From NCBI GenBank assembly GCA_037443365.1, contig JBBIOM010000001.1, forward strand, positions 1,693-65,692: 64,000 nt of DNA. Direction: 5' to 3'. The translations under genes and the position numbers were made by a program. The notes under the pieces were generated by a model. That model was not told the origin of the DNA. It saw only the letters and a program-made list of their open reading frames with translations, and did no database searches. How positions within the stretch are numbered: position 1 is the first letter of the stretch; each line of letters opens with the position of its first letter. The stretch comes from Armatimonadota bacterium (lineage in GTDB: Bacteria; Sysuimicrobiota; Sysuimicrobiia; Sysuimicrobiales; Humicultoraceae). Shown here in pieces: positions 36,946-46,185 of the stretch.

Positions 36946-37857
36946 TCATCGGGCGAGCACCGAGACAGGCACGAGCACAACACCCGCGCGGTCGAACTCG
37001 GGCAGCATCGCGGCAAGCACTCGCGGGGTGACGCGCTGAGCGTGCCCGATCGCCACCGCCTCGCCGCGGCGAAGCGCGGTCTCGATCAGGCGGCGGATCT
37101 CCTGGCGAATGGCGTCGGGATCGTTCACGTTGTCCAGGAAGATGGTGCGGGCCGCGCTTCGAACGCCAATCTCGGCGGCCACCGGGCCGGCCACCGAGTG
37201 AGGGGTCGTCTTGCTGTCGAGGAAGAAGAGAGCGCGCTCCTGGGCCACCTCGATGACGGCCCGCATGACGCGCCGGTCAGCCGTTGCGCGCGATCCCATG
37301 TGGTTGCTCACGCCGACGGCACCCGGTACCGACGCCAGTCCGGCGCGCACCGTTGCCTGGATCTCTGCGTCGTCCATCGCCACCGTCACGCCGCCAGGCC
37401 CCAGCGCCCTGGAGCCGTCCGTGGGCTCGAGCGGGAGATGCAGAATGACCTCCAGACCCGCGTCCTGGACGCGCTTGGCGATCTCTGCCGAGTGCGCCAG
37501 GCCCGGCAGCACGGCCACGGTGACCTGCCGCCCTATCGCCACTATCTCTTCCACGTCGGCCAGCGACCCGCCTGCATCGTCGAAGACGATCGCCACCCGC
37601 GCCACATGGCCGACCGGGGAGACCGTCACAGGCGCGGGACGCGGCCGCGGACGAGGTTTCGGGGCCTCGGGTTGAGTGCGGACCGCGCGCGGTGGGCTGA
37701 CCTGGGCGGGCGTCACCGCCCGCCGAGCCGAGGCGAGCCACCATCCCCCGGCAACACCCAGCAGGACGAAGACCACAACCAGCCAGGCCCTGGGCACGGC
37801 GGCCCAGGGGCGCCTGCTTGTCCCCTGCCGCGTTCCCCGCCGCCTGGATGGCGCCAT
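36946..37857 (-). CDS. Divergent polysaccharide deacetylase family protein
   Basis: 'VAIVFDDAG', 'ILHLPLEP', 'SNHMGS', 'FFLDSKT' and 'AIGH'. Confidence 0.9.
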   Translation of the reverse strand: MAPSRRRGTRQGTSRRPWAAVPRAWLVVVFVLLGVAGGWWLASARRAVTPAQVSPPRAVRTQPEAPKPRPRPRPAPVTVSPVGHVARVAIVFDDAGGSLADVEEIVAIGRQVTVAVLPGLAHSAEIAKRVQDAGLEVILHLPLEPTDGSRALGPGGVTVAMDDAEIQATVRAGLASVPGAVGVSNHMGSRATADRRVMRAVIEVAQERALFFLDSKTTPHSVAGPVAAEIGVRSAARTIFLDNVNDPDAIRQEIRRLIETALRRGEAVAIGHAQRVTPRVLAAMLPEFDRAGVVLVPVSVLAR

Positions 37858-39075
37858 CTAGCGTCGCTGCGCCACTCGCTGCTTGAGTACTTCGATTCCC
37901 CGCTGCAGTTGAATCGCCTGAATGCGCGTCATGTCGCCCTCGGCCTTCCCCTCGAGGCGGTCCCCGGCCAGCGTGTCAGGCCGTATCCCCTTGCCGTGGA
38001 TGTCCTGGCCTGCAGGGGTGAGGTACTTGGCGGTTGTGATGGCCGCGGCCCCGCCTCCGGTCAAGGGGAACAGGCTCTGGATCACGCCCTTGCCGAAGGT
38101 GCGCTGGCCCACCAACGCGGCGCCCGCAGAGTCGCGCAGCGCCCCTGCCAGGATCTCGGACGCGCTGGCCGTGAACTCGTTGACCAGCACCACTACGGGA
38201 ACCGTCATCTTGGCGCCTGGGCCCGCCAGGTCCGTCTTCCTCCGGCCCGACCGGTCAACCACGTGGACGACGGGCCGGCCAGCCGCCACGAACCGCTCCG
38301 CGACGTGCGTGGCCGCGGCCAGGAGCCCGCCGCCGTTGCTGCGCAGGTCGAGGATCAACCCCTGGACCCCTTCCCCTGCCAGCCGGTCGAGCGATGCCCC
38401 AACCTCCTTGGACGTCTGTTCGTTGAATGCAAGCACCCTCAGGTAGCCCAGGCGCAGATCGGCGAGTTCCCGCTGCACGCCCGGGTCAAGGGTTCCAGGC
38501 CCCTGCACGCTGACGATCTGCACGCGGGCTCGCGTGATCTCGAAGTCGCGCACCGACTCGCCGCGGCCGATCCGGAGCTTGACCCTGGTTCCTGCCGGCC
38601 CGCGGATCCGCGATACCGCCTCCTGCAGCGCCATTCCTTCTGTGGGCACCTCGTTGATGTAGAGAATGCGATCCCCGGCGCGCAGGCCTGCCCGATGGGC
38701 AGGTGTGCCCTCGATCGGCTGGACCACGATGAGATGTCGGTCGCGGATGTCGATGAAGATGCCCACCCCGAAGAAGAACCCTAGCGCATCCTGCGAGAAC
38801 TCCTTGTAGGCTCGCGCATCCATGTAGCGCGTGTAGGGGTCTCCCAGCGCCTCGAGCAGACCCCGTGCCGCGCCGTCGAACAGGCGCGAAGCCTCGGGGA
38901 CCGGGTTCAGGTACTCGCGCCGCACCTGTACCAGGAGCTCGCGTAGGAGGGCGATTCCCTGGTCGTCGGCCGACCGCGCCAGCACCGCGCGCTGTCCTAT
39001 CCCGTAGCCGGCGAGGAACACCCCCGCGGTCAGGACCGCCACCAGCAGCGCGCCGACCAACCTGCGCCGTATCAC
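37858..39075 (-). CDS. ctpA: Carboxyl-terminal processing protease (S41)
   Basis: 'LGDPYT', PDZ domain, 'LDLRSNGGGLL', 'ASASEI' and 'FGKG'. Confidence 0.93.
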   Translation of the reverse strand: MIRRRLVGALLVAVLTAGVFLAGYGIGQRAVLARSADDQGIALLRELLVQVRREYLNPVPEASRLFDGAARGLLEALGDPYTRYMDARAYKEFSQDALGFFFGVGIFIDIRDRHLIVVQPIEGTPAHRAGLRAGDRILYINEVPTEGMALQEAVSRIRGPAGTRVKLRIGRGESVRDFEITRARVQIVSVQGPGTLDPGVQRELADLRLGYLRVLAFNEQTSKEVGASLDRLAGEGVQGLILDLRSNGGGLLAAATHVAERFVAAGRPVVHVVDRSGRRKTDLAGPGAKMTVPVVVLVNEFTASASEILAGALRDSAGAALVGQRTFGKGVIQSLFPLTGGGAAAITTAKYLTPAGQDIHGKGIRPDTLAGDRLEGKAEGDMTRIQAIQLQRGIEVLKQRVAQRR

Positions 39076-39103
39076 GACGGCTCACCGTCCTTTCGCACGC
39101 TCA

Positions 39104-40243
39104 TCATTCGGGGTTGACAGGCCTGCCGTTCCGCCTGATCTCGTAGTGGAGGTGGGGCCCGGTGCTGTAACCGGTGCTGCCCACGTATCCGATGATCTGC
39201 CTGCGGGAGACGGACTGACCGGTCCTGACACTGATCCTGCCCAGATGCCCGTACAGCGTGCTCACGCCGTGCCCGTGGTCGAGGATGACCAGCTTGCCGT
39301 ACCCACCGTACCACCCGGCGAAGAGCACCTTCCCGTCATGCGCCGCCGGCACCGGTGTGCCCCTGCTCGCGGGGATGTCGACTCCCGTGTGGAAGTGGCG
39401 GCGTCCGAAGAGCGGGTGACGGCGGAAGCCGAAGCGCGAGGCCACGGGCCCGGAAAGCGGCCTGACGAGGGCCGCCATGACGCGTCCCCCGGGCAGTGCG
39501 GAGCCGCCCTGAAGACGCTGGATCATCGCCTCCACCGCGGCCGAGTCCTCCTCGATCTCCCGGACGGCCTGCTCGGCCGCGGCCCGCTCGGTGATTATCG
39601 CGCTCAGCATCCGACGCTTAGCGGCGACCTGCTCCGACAGCTGCACTTCGCGCTCTCGGGTCTGGCGCGCAACCTCCTGCAGCTGCGCCTGCTGCGCCAT
39701 CAGCTCCTCGCGCAGCGCCGCGGTCCGATCGCGGTCCCGCGAGTAGGCGCTGATCAGGCGGGCGTCCTCCCGCATTATCGCGCCCACCATGCGCGACCGC
39801 GCGACGAACTCCGGAAACGACGTTGCCTGAAGAACGACGTCCAGGTAGCCAGCGAGCCCAACCCTGTGCAGGTCCACCACGCGGCCGGCCAGCAGCCCCT
39901 GGCGCTGCGCCAGCGCGGCCTCGGCCTGGGCCAGCCGAACGGCCGCGGCCTGGGTGCGGGCACGCACACGCCGCATGTCGGCCGCAAGGCGCCGCAGCTG
40001 CTCTTCGGTTGCCTCGCGCTGGCGGTCCAGCCTCTGCACCTCATCGGCCATCCGGCGCTCGCGGTGCTTCACCTGCCTCAGACGCTGGCGCTCGAGCTCG
40101 AGCTGCCGCTGCAGGCGCGACAGCTCCTCCTGCCTGGATACGAGCGGCGCGGGCAATGCGGCATCCGCAGCGTGCGGGCCGATGGTAACGGCCGCCAGCA
40201 GCACGACCGTGACCACGAGGCGGGCGCAGTCGGCCGCGCTCAT
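39104..40243 (-). CDS. Murein hydrolase activator EnvC-like (coiled coil + M23 peptidase)
   Basis: Long coiled coil, then 'HTGVD', 'GYG', 'TLYGHL' and 'GPHLHYE'. Confidence 0.9.
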   Translation of the reverse strand: MSAADCARLVVTVVLLAAVTIGPHAADAALPAPLVSRQEELSRLQRQLELERQRLRQVKHRERRMADEVQRLDRQREATEEQLRRLAADMRRVRARTQAAAVRLAQAEAALAQRQGLLAGRVVDLHRVGLAGYLDVVLQATSFPEFVARSRMVGAIMREDARLISAYSRDRDRTAALREELMAQQAQLQEVARQTREREVQLSEQVAAKRRMLSAIITERAAAEQAVREIEEDSAAVEAMIQRLQGGSALPGGRVMAALVRPLSGPVASRFGFRRHPLFGRRHFHTGVDIPASRGTPVPAAHDGKVLFAGWYGGYGKLVILDHGHGVSTLYGHLGRISVRTGQSVSRRQIIGYVGSTGYSTGPHLHYEIRRNGRPVNPE

Positions 40244-41193
40244 GCCCTAAGATACCTCCGGGTGCCCAGTTCGCTTCCCAGCACGCCCACGGCGATGCCA
40301 AGGAGCCACACCGCACCCAATGCCCACGGCAGCGCGGCGCGCGGCTCCAGGACGGGCAGGAACGGCAGCGATCCTGATATCTCGGCGGCCAGGCGGGTGT
40401 AGACCGCGAGCAGGACCGCGGTCGCCGCCAGGGCCGCGGCAACCCCCTGCATCAGGCCCTCGAGCACGAAGGGCCCCCGGATGAACGCGGGAGTAGCGCC
40501 CACCAGGGTCATGATCTCGATCTCCTGACGCCGGGCCGCGATCGTCAGGCGGACCGTGTTCAGCACGATCAGCAGCGCGGCCGCGCACAGCGCCCCGGCG
40601 ACCGCGGCGCCCCCTATCCGCACGGCGCGCGTGAGGGCCACAAGGCGGTCCACCACGGGCGTTCCGTAGACCACTTCCTCTATGCCGGTGGTGCGCTCAA
40701 GCGCCTCGGCGACAGCGCGCACCTGCCCTGGCCCGGAAGCGCGGATCTCGATCGAGTCCGGCAGCGGGTTCGATTTGAGATGGGCCCCGACCGATGCGAA
40801 CGATCCATAGGTCTGCTGCAGCCGCCGCAGGGCCTCGTCGCGACCCACCAGCTCAGCCGCGCGGACTCCGGGCAGGTTCTTGGCGGAAGCCAGGACGCGC
40901 TGCTGTTCCCTGGGGGTGAGGTCCCTTCGCAGGAACCCCACGATCTCAACCTGCGATTCGAGCACGGAGGCGACGTGCGCCAGGTTGATGGAGACAAGAA
41001 TCCCTCCCCCGGCCACAACAAGCGCGATGGCCATGGTCGAGGTCGCGGCAGCGGCCATCAGGCCGTTGCGTCGCAGGCCGCCGAGCGCGTCGCAGAAGGC
41101 CTGCGTTCGCGCCCATGCCGGGGGGCGTCGGCTCAGCGTACGCCCGCCCCGCACCCGCTCATCGGGCTCTCTGGTAGAGGCCTCGGTGCTCAT
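40240..41193 (-). CDS. ftsX: Cell division permease FtsX
   Basis: 'NPLPDSI' and 'NTVRLTIAARRQEIEIMTLVGAT..FIRGPF'. Confidence 0.93.
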   Translation of the reverse strand: MSTEASTREPDERVRGGRTLSRRPPAWARTQAFCDALGGLRRNGLMAAAATSTMAIALVVAGGGILVSINLAHVASVLESQVEIVGFLRRDLTPREQQRVLASAKNLPGVRAAELVGRDEALRRLQQTYGSFASVGAHLKSNPLPDSIEIRASGPGQVRAVAEALERTTGIEEVVYGTPVVDRLVALTRAVRIGGAAVAGALCAAALLIVLNTVRLTIAARRQEIEIMTLVGATPAFIRGPFVLEGLMQGVAAALAATAVLLAVYTRLAAEISGSLPFLPVLEPRAALPWALGAVWLLGIAVGVLGSELGTRRYLRA

Positions 41194-41845
41194 CGCGTAG
41201 AACGCGACCAGCGTGGAGTTCTACTACGCGCCGACGCAGCACGTCCACGAGCGTGCTGTTGTGGGTGGTCATCACCACGGTCGTTCCCCGGAGGTTGACG
41301 GCTCCAAGAAGCTGCACGATCTCCCAGGCCGCCTCCGGGTCGAGGTTGCCGGTGGGCTCATCCGCGAGCACGATCGCGGGGCGCGTGACGATCGCGCGAG
41401 CCAGACAGATGCGCTGCTGCTCTCCGCCCGAGAGCCTGGCCGGCAGATCCCCGGCGCGGTGAGCCATGCCCACAGTCTCAAGGGCCCACCGGACTCGCGG
41501 CGCAATCTCCGCCGTGTCCGCCTCGGTGACCCGCAGCGCATATGCCACATTGTCGCTCACGGGACGGTCGGGCAGCAGGTTGAACTCCTGAAAGACAACG
41601 CCCAACCGCCGGCGAAGATACGGCACCTGCGAATCGGGAAGGGAAGCCAGGTCCACGCCATCCACTTCCACCCTCCCGGCCGTCGGACGCTCGATCCTCT
41701 GGATGAGCTTAAGAATCGTGGACTTCCCGCTGCCTGTCGGACCCACCAAGAAGACGAACTCACCGCGTTCTATCCGCAGTGAGACGTCGTGAAGGGCGAC
41801 CACGCCGGTTGGATATCTCTTTCCGACGCGCTCAAGGTTGATCAT
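41159..41845 (-). CDS. ftsE: Cell division ATP-binding protein FtsE
   Basis: GPTGSGKST, 'VPYLRR', 'LSGGEQQR' and 'ADEPTGNLDP'. Confidence 0.93.
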   Translation of the reverse strand: MINLERVGKRYPTGVVALHDVSLRIERGEFVFLVGPTGSGKSTILKLIQRIERPTAGRVEVDGVDLASLPDSQVPYLRRRLGVVFQEFNLLPDRPVSDNVAYALRVTEADTAEIAPRVRWALETVGMAHRAGDLPARLSGGEQQRICLARAIVTRPAIVLADEPTGNLDPEAAWEIVQLLGAVNLRGTTVVMTTHNSTLVDVLRRRVVELHAGRVLRDEHRGLYQRAR

Positions 41846-41930
41846 CGCTGCTCCGACGAAAAGGCGGGACCGATGCTTCGATGCTTCCCGTCATCATTCT
41901 GCGCGTCAGCGCTGCAGTCCTGCCAGGGTC

Positions 41931-42695
41931 TCAGGGCACGGACAGGTTCCAGTCGGCCAGGTCATCTAGCAGGCGCTCGCTTGTCATGTTGAGATGGATC
42001 GGGGTCACCGAAATGTACCCTGCCATCACTGCCCAGCTGTCGGTTCCCTCCTCGTCGGCCAGAGGCTCGATCTCCCCGGAGATCCAGTAGTACGGCCTGC
42101 CCCGGGGGTCCGAGCGCTTCTCGAGGTGGGCGAGATAGCGGCGCGCGCCTTGACGCGTGATCGCGACCCCCCGCAGGCGCTCACGTGGAAGATTCGGCAC
42201 GTTCACGTTGATGAGCGTGTCCGCCGGCAGGGCGCGCTCGACCACCAGCCGCGCCAGCCTCTCGGCAAACGGAGCGGCCACGTCGAACCCGACATCCATG
42301 AAGGCCGCCACGGAGATAGCCAGGCTGGGAATCCCCATTATCGTGCTCTCCATCGCCCCGGATACGGTGCCCGAGTATGTAAGGTCGCGCCCTAGATTGG
42401 GGCCGACGTTGATGCCCGAGATCACCACATCCGGCCGCCGGTCAAGGAGGTCGAGCACACCAAGGACGACGCAGTCCGCCGGAGTACCGGTGGTCGCCCA
42501 GGCCGTGACGCCTTCCGGATAGCCGCCCGTGCGCCAGGCGCGGAGCGGCTTGTGCAGCGTGACCGCGTGGCCCGAGGCGCTTCGCTCGTGTTCCGGGGCC
42601 ACTACCACGACCTCGTGGTGTTCCGTGAAGACCTGGGCCAAGGCATGCAACCCCGGCGAGCCCACGCCGTCGTCGTTCGTGAGCAGGACCCTCAT
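41931..42695 (-). CDS. surE: 5'/3'-nucleotidase SurE
   Basis: 'MRVLLTNDDG', 'GTPADCV', 'SGIN' and 'YSGTV'. Confidence 0.95.
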   Translation of the reverse strand: MRVLLTNDDGVGSPGLHALAQVFTEHHEVVVVAPEHERSASGHAVTLHKPLRAWRTGGYPEGVTAWATTGTPADCVVLGVLDLLDRRPDVVISGINVGPNLGRDLTYSGTVSGAMESTIMGIPSLAISVAAFMDVGFDVAAPFAERLARLVVERALPADTLINVNVPNLPRERLRGVAITRQGARRYLAHLEKRSDPRGRPYYWISGEIEPLADEEGTDSWAVMAGYISVTPIHLNMTSERLLDDLADWNLSVP

Positions 42696-43573
42696 CTCTC
42701 CTCGCTTCCCGCGGCGCCAAGCCCGCGCTGCTTCGTCTCGATTGTGGCCGCGGCATAGCCCACGACCGCGTCGCTCCCGCCGGCCACGTCCCCAGAGGTG
42801 CAGTACCGCAGGATCTCCACGCGGGCGGGTCCCAGCCGGCGCGCGGCCTCCAGCACTGCCGCGACCGGGCCGGCTCCGCACATCGTTATGCCGCAAGCCC
42901 GCACTTCCCGCAAGAGGCGCTCGCCGTCGCCCGAGACGAGCGCCTCGAGCGCGATCCGGTCCGTCCGGACGGCGTGCTCGTGCGGCAGGTAGTGACTGAG
43001 GTCGGTCGAGGCGATCATGACCACATTGCCGTCCGCCACGGCCGCCGCGAGCGCCTGGGAGAGGTGCCTAACCGTTGCGGCGTCCTGGTCGGCCATGACG
43101 ATCGGCACGACCGGCCCATCATAACCGATGAACTGCAGAAAGGGCAGCTGCACCTCGACGGAGTGCTCGTGGCGGTGACCCCGCGCATCCAGCGGAATGC
43201 CGCGCCGTCGCAGATCCTCCCGGACCGGATGCTCGGTCGGAACCTCGCCCAGCGGACCCTCCCAGCGCTCGTCCGGGGAAAGCGCCACGCCCGGGCCGGC
43301 GCCCCTGTGATCGGGACCGATCACGACGATTGCCTCTGGCCGGGACGCCTCGGCCAGGCGCAGGTAGGCATGCGCCGCCACCGGGCCCGAATACTCCAAC
43401 GCGGCATGGGGGACGACCAGCCCCACGATGCGACGCGCTCCCCAGGCGGCGGGGACACGCCCAGGTCCCAGAGGGTGCACGAAGCATCCCTCCACCTGGC
43501 GCCTCAACCTGCGCGGGTCGGCGTCGTAAAACACACCGCGCACCGCGGAGGGCCGAACCCGCCCGCCGACCAC
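42692..43573 (-). CDS. MEMO1 family protein (AmmeMemoRadiSam protein B)
   Basis: 'VPHA..YSG', 'EHSVEVQLPFLQ', 'ASTDLSHY', 'TMCG' and 'VVGYAA'. Confidence 0.92.
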   Translation of the reverse strand: MVGGRVRPSAVRGVFYDADPRRLRRQVEGCFVHPLGPGRVPAAWGARRIVGLVVPHAALEYSGPVAAHAYLRLAEASRPEAIVVIGPDHRGAGPGVALSPDERWEGPLGEVPTEHPVREDLRRRGIPLDARGHRHEHSVEVQLPFLQFIGYDGPVVPIVMADQDAATVRHLSQALAAAVADGNVVMIASTDLSHYLPHEHAVRTDRIALEALVSGDGERLLREVRACGITMCGAGPVAAVLEAARRLGPARVEILRYCTSGDVAGGSDAVVGYAAATIETKQRGLGAAGSEER

Positions 43574-43574
43574 G

Positions 43575-43925
43575 CTACCCTCTGGGTGGATCCCCGGTGC
43601 CGGGCGCGGAGAGGACGGCCCCGTCGAGCCAATCGAGGTAGGCTGCCGAACCTCCCTCGATGGGAAGCGCCACGACCTCGGGCACGGTGTAGGAGTGCAG
43701 ATCGCGCACGCGCTCCACCACGCTGGCCAGGAGACGGCGGGCGGTCTTGATCACGAGCAGATGCTCGGCCCCTGACTCGACGCTCCCCTGCCAGCGGTAG
43801 ATAGAGCGCACCCCGGGAACGATGTTCACGCAGGCGGCCAGGCCCTCTTCCACGAGGGCCGATGCGATGCGGTCCGCCTCTTGTTGGCCGCCGGTGGTTA
43901 CCAGCACGACCAGGAACTCGCTCAT
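43575..43925 (-). CDS. cutA: Divalent-cation tolerance protein CutA
   Basis: 'LAACVNIVP..SIYRWQG' and 'HSYTVPEVV'. Confidence 0.93.
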   Translation of the reverse strand: MSEFLVVLVTTGGQQEADRIASALVEEGLAACVNIVPGVRSIYRWQGSVESGAEHLLVIKTARRLLASVVERVRDLHSYTVPEVVALPIEGGSAAYLDWLDGAVLSAPGTGDPPRG

Positions 43926-43962
43926 GTCTGCCTTCGGGATCCGGATGGCGGGGCCACCCGCG

Positions 43963-45126
43963 CTAGTCCTGCTCGCGCCACCAGTCAGGCGACACGTCCC
44001 GCAACGACCTGGTCTTTCGCACCGGGGGGCGGGCGCCTGAGCGCTCCTTGGCCACGCGCGATCGCAACTGCTCGAACTCGCGCAGGTCGGTCAGGACCTT
44101 GAGCGTGTTCCAGACGGCCTCCTCCAGATGCTCGCCGCCCTCGCGCTGCACGAGCGCCACGAGCGGCTCGATCACGCGCTTGTTGCGCAGCTTGCCGAGG
44201 ATGCGAATCGCCAGCCGCTTGACCTCGACGTCCTCGTCCTCGAGTGAAGCGATGAACTGGTCAGAAGCACCCTCGCCAAAGAGGGCATAGAGGGCCCGCA
44301 GCGCAAACCGGCGTACCTTGGGCACCGGGTTCTCGAGCGCGACCCGGAGCCGCTCTACGACATCGGCACGCGGGCGCCCCCCGAACGCCTCAAGCACCAT
44401 GCGCGTCGGGCTCACCTCGCGTTCAACGTGGGCGCCCTCGCCGCCTTCCATGACCCCGCGCTCCTCCAGGCGCGACAGGGTGGCCACAACCGCCTCCTGC
44501 ATGCGCGGGTCGCGCAGGAACAGGTCAACCAGGGGCCGGACGATGCGCTGATCTCCCACCCGCCCTAGGATCGAGATCGCGGTGGCGCGCACGACCTGGC
44601 TGTCCTGGCCCACTGCCTCCAGCAGCGCCTCTACGGCGCGGGGGCCCACCTCGACGAGGATCTTCATGACCTGCGGGCCGATCTTGCGCCGCAGCACCTT
44701 GTCGTCACAGGTGGCCAGGAGCGGCCCGACCGCGTCAGGGCCGATGCGCGTGAGGGCCTCCGTAGCCGCCAGCTGGAGCGACCGCTCACGGCGGGCGAGA
44801 ACTCGAATGAGCGCTTCGACCGCGCCCCTGTCTCGGATGTCCCGGAGACCGTTTGTGGCCTGCAGGACCACCTGCTCGCTGCGGTCCGCCAGTGCGGCGC
44901 GCAGGGCCTCGGCGGCAGCGGGCCCGCCGATGCGCCGAAGCGCGACGACGGCGCTCTTGCGGACGTACTCGTCGGAGTCCTGCAGGGCGCGCGCCAGGGC
45001 CGGAACCGCGGACTCGTCCCCCAGCTTCCCGAGCGCGTGCGCCGCGTCGCTGCGAACGGTCACATCGCTACTCTCGAGCTGCCGGAGATGCTGCTGCAGC
45101 TCATCGGCCCTACCGGCCTCCGGCAT
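43963..45126 (-). CDS. HEAT (PBS lyase-type) repeat protein
   Basis: Repeated 'VRxxAAxALGxLGDxxAVPAL' units. ATG at 45126 follows AGGAGGAG. Confidence 0.85.
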   Translation of the reverse strand: MPEAGRADELQQHLRQLESSDVTVRSDAAHALGKLGDESAVPALARALQDSDEYVRKSAVVALRRIGGPAAAEALRAALADRSEQVVLQATNGLRDIRDRGAVEALIRVLARRERSLQLAATEALTRIGPDAVGPLLATCDDKVLRRKIGPQVMKILVEVGPRAVEALLEAVGQDSQVVRATAISILGRVGDQRIVRPLVDLFLRDPRMQEAVVATLSRLEERGVMEGGEGAHVEREVSPTRMVLEAFGGRPRADVVERLRVALENPVPKVRRFALRALYALFGEGASDQFIASLEDEDVEVKRLAIRILGKLRNKRVIEPLVALVQREGGEHLEEAVWNTLKVLTDLREFEQLRSRVAKERSGARPPVRKTRSLRDVSPDWWREQD

Positions 45127-45240
45127 GAACGCTCCTCCTGTTGGACATGGGGGCACCAAGTGGCGCCTACTGCACCTATTATGCACTATTCTGCGGGCTC
45201 GCGCCTTGGTCCTGCACGCGGGCTGCAACCCAAATCCTCA

Positions 45241-45269
45241 TTGCATCCCCGGCCGTGGTTACATATACT
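45241..45269 (+). promoter_or_regulatory. Sigma-70-type promoter giving a probably leaderless hpt-operon transcript
   Basis: TTGCAT-N17-TATACT ends 7 nt before the ATG at 45277, and there is no SD. Confidence 0.6.
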
Positions 45270-45276
45270 GGACCCA

Positions 45277-45621
45277 ATGGAGAACAAGGGCGCGGTACGA
45301 TTCGCCCATGCAAGCGAAGAGGAACTGGCGCGGATCCTGGATTTCTACGGCATTCGCTGGGAGTATGAGCCCCGGTCGTTCGCCCTAGAGTGGAACGGGG
45401 AGGGGCGAGTCGTGGAGAGTTTCAGCCCGGACTTCTACCTGCCCGAGTTCGACCTGTACATCGAGCTGACAACCCTGAAGCAGAGCCTCGTGACAAAGAA
45501 GAACCGCAAGCTCCGACGGATGCGCGAGCTCTACCCCAACGCTCGCGTCCTGGTGTTCTACGGCAGGGACTTCCGCAGCCTGCTGGCCAAGTACGACCTG
45601 TATCCCGGCGCGGCGCGCTGA
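45277..45621 (+). CDS. Small PD-(D/E)XK/TnsA-like fold protein coupled to hpt
   Basis: 'SEEELARILDFYGIRWEYEP..FSPDFYLPEFDLYIELTT'. The stop overlaps the hpt ATG (TGATG). Confidence 0.75.
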   Translation: MENKGAVRFAHASEEELARILDFYGIRWEYEPRSFALEWNGEGRVVESFSPDFYLPEFDLYIELTTLKQSLVTKKNRKLRRMRELYPNARVLVFYGRDFRSLLAKYDLYPGAAR

Positions 45622-46181
45622 TGGCGGTACCCGAGATCAGCCGCGTGCTCTTCACAGAGGAGCAGATCCGCGCGCGCGTGCGCGAGATGGCCGCCGAGAT
45701 CAGCCGCGACTACGCCGGGCGCGACCTGCTGGTCGTGACCGTGCTCAAGGGCGCGCTCTACTTCCTTGCCGACCTGACAAGGGAGATAGAGATCCCGCTT
45801 GGCATCGACTTCATGGCCATCACCTCCTACCGGGGCGGCAAGGGCCCCTCGGGCGCCGTCCGCCTGATCAAGGACCTCGATGAGGACCTGACCGGTCGGC
45901 ACGTGCTCCTGGCCGAGGACATAATCGACACGGGCCTCACGGTCTCGTACCTGATGCGCGCACTCCAGGCGCGCGAGCCGGCCGATCTGGCGATCTGCAC
46001 GCTGCTCGACAAGACCGCGCGCCGCATAGCCCACACCCTGCCGATTCGCTACCGCGGGTTCGAGGTACCGGATCTCTTCCTGGTCGGCTACGGCCTGGAC
46101 TACCGCCAGCACTACAGGAATCTCCCGTACATAGGCGTCCTGAGAGAGGACATCCTGCGCAGCGGCCCGGCGGCATCCTGA
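45621..46181 (+). CDS. hpt: Hypoxanthine phosphoribosyltransferase
   Basis: 'VLKGA', 'AEDIIDTGLT', 'LLDK' and 'FLVGYGLDY..YRNLPYI'. Confidence 0.95.
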   Translation: MAVPEISRVLFTEEQIRARVREMAAEISRDYAGRDLLVVTVLKGALYFLADLTREIEIPLGIDFMAITSYRGGKGPSGAVRLIKDLDEDLTGRHVLLAEDIIDTGLTVSYLMRALQAREPADLAICTLLDKTARRIAHTLPIRYRGFEVPDLFLVGYGLDYRQHYRNLPYIGVLREDILRSGPAAS

Positions 46182-46185
46182 GCCC

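Noticed and set aside
45150-45190. Imperfect palindromes GGCACCAAGTGGCGCC and TGCACCTATTATGCA as NtrC-like boxes
   Set aside because: Spacing and symmetry are imperfect, no sigma-54 promoter was seen, and they overlap the probable transcription start region.
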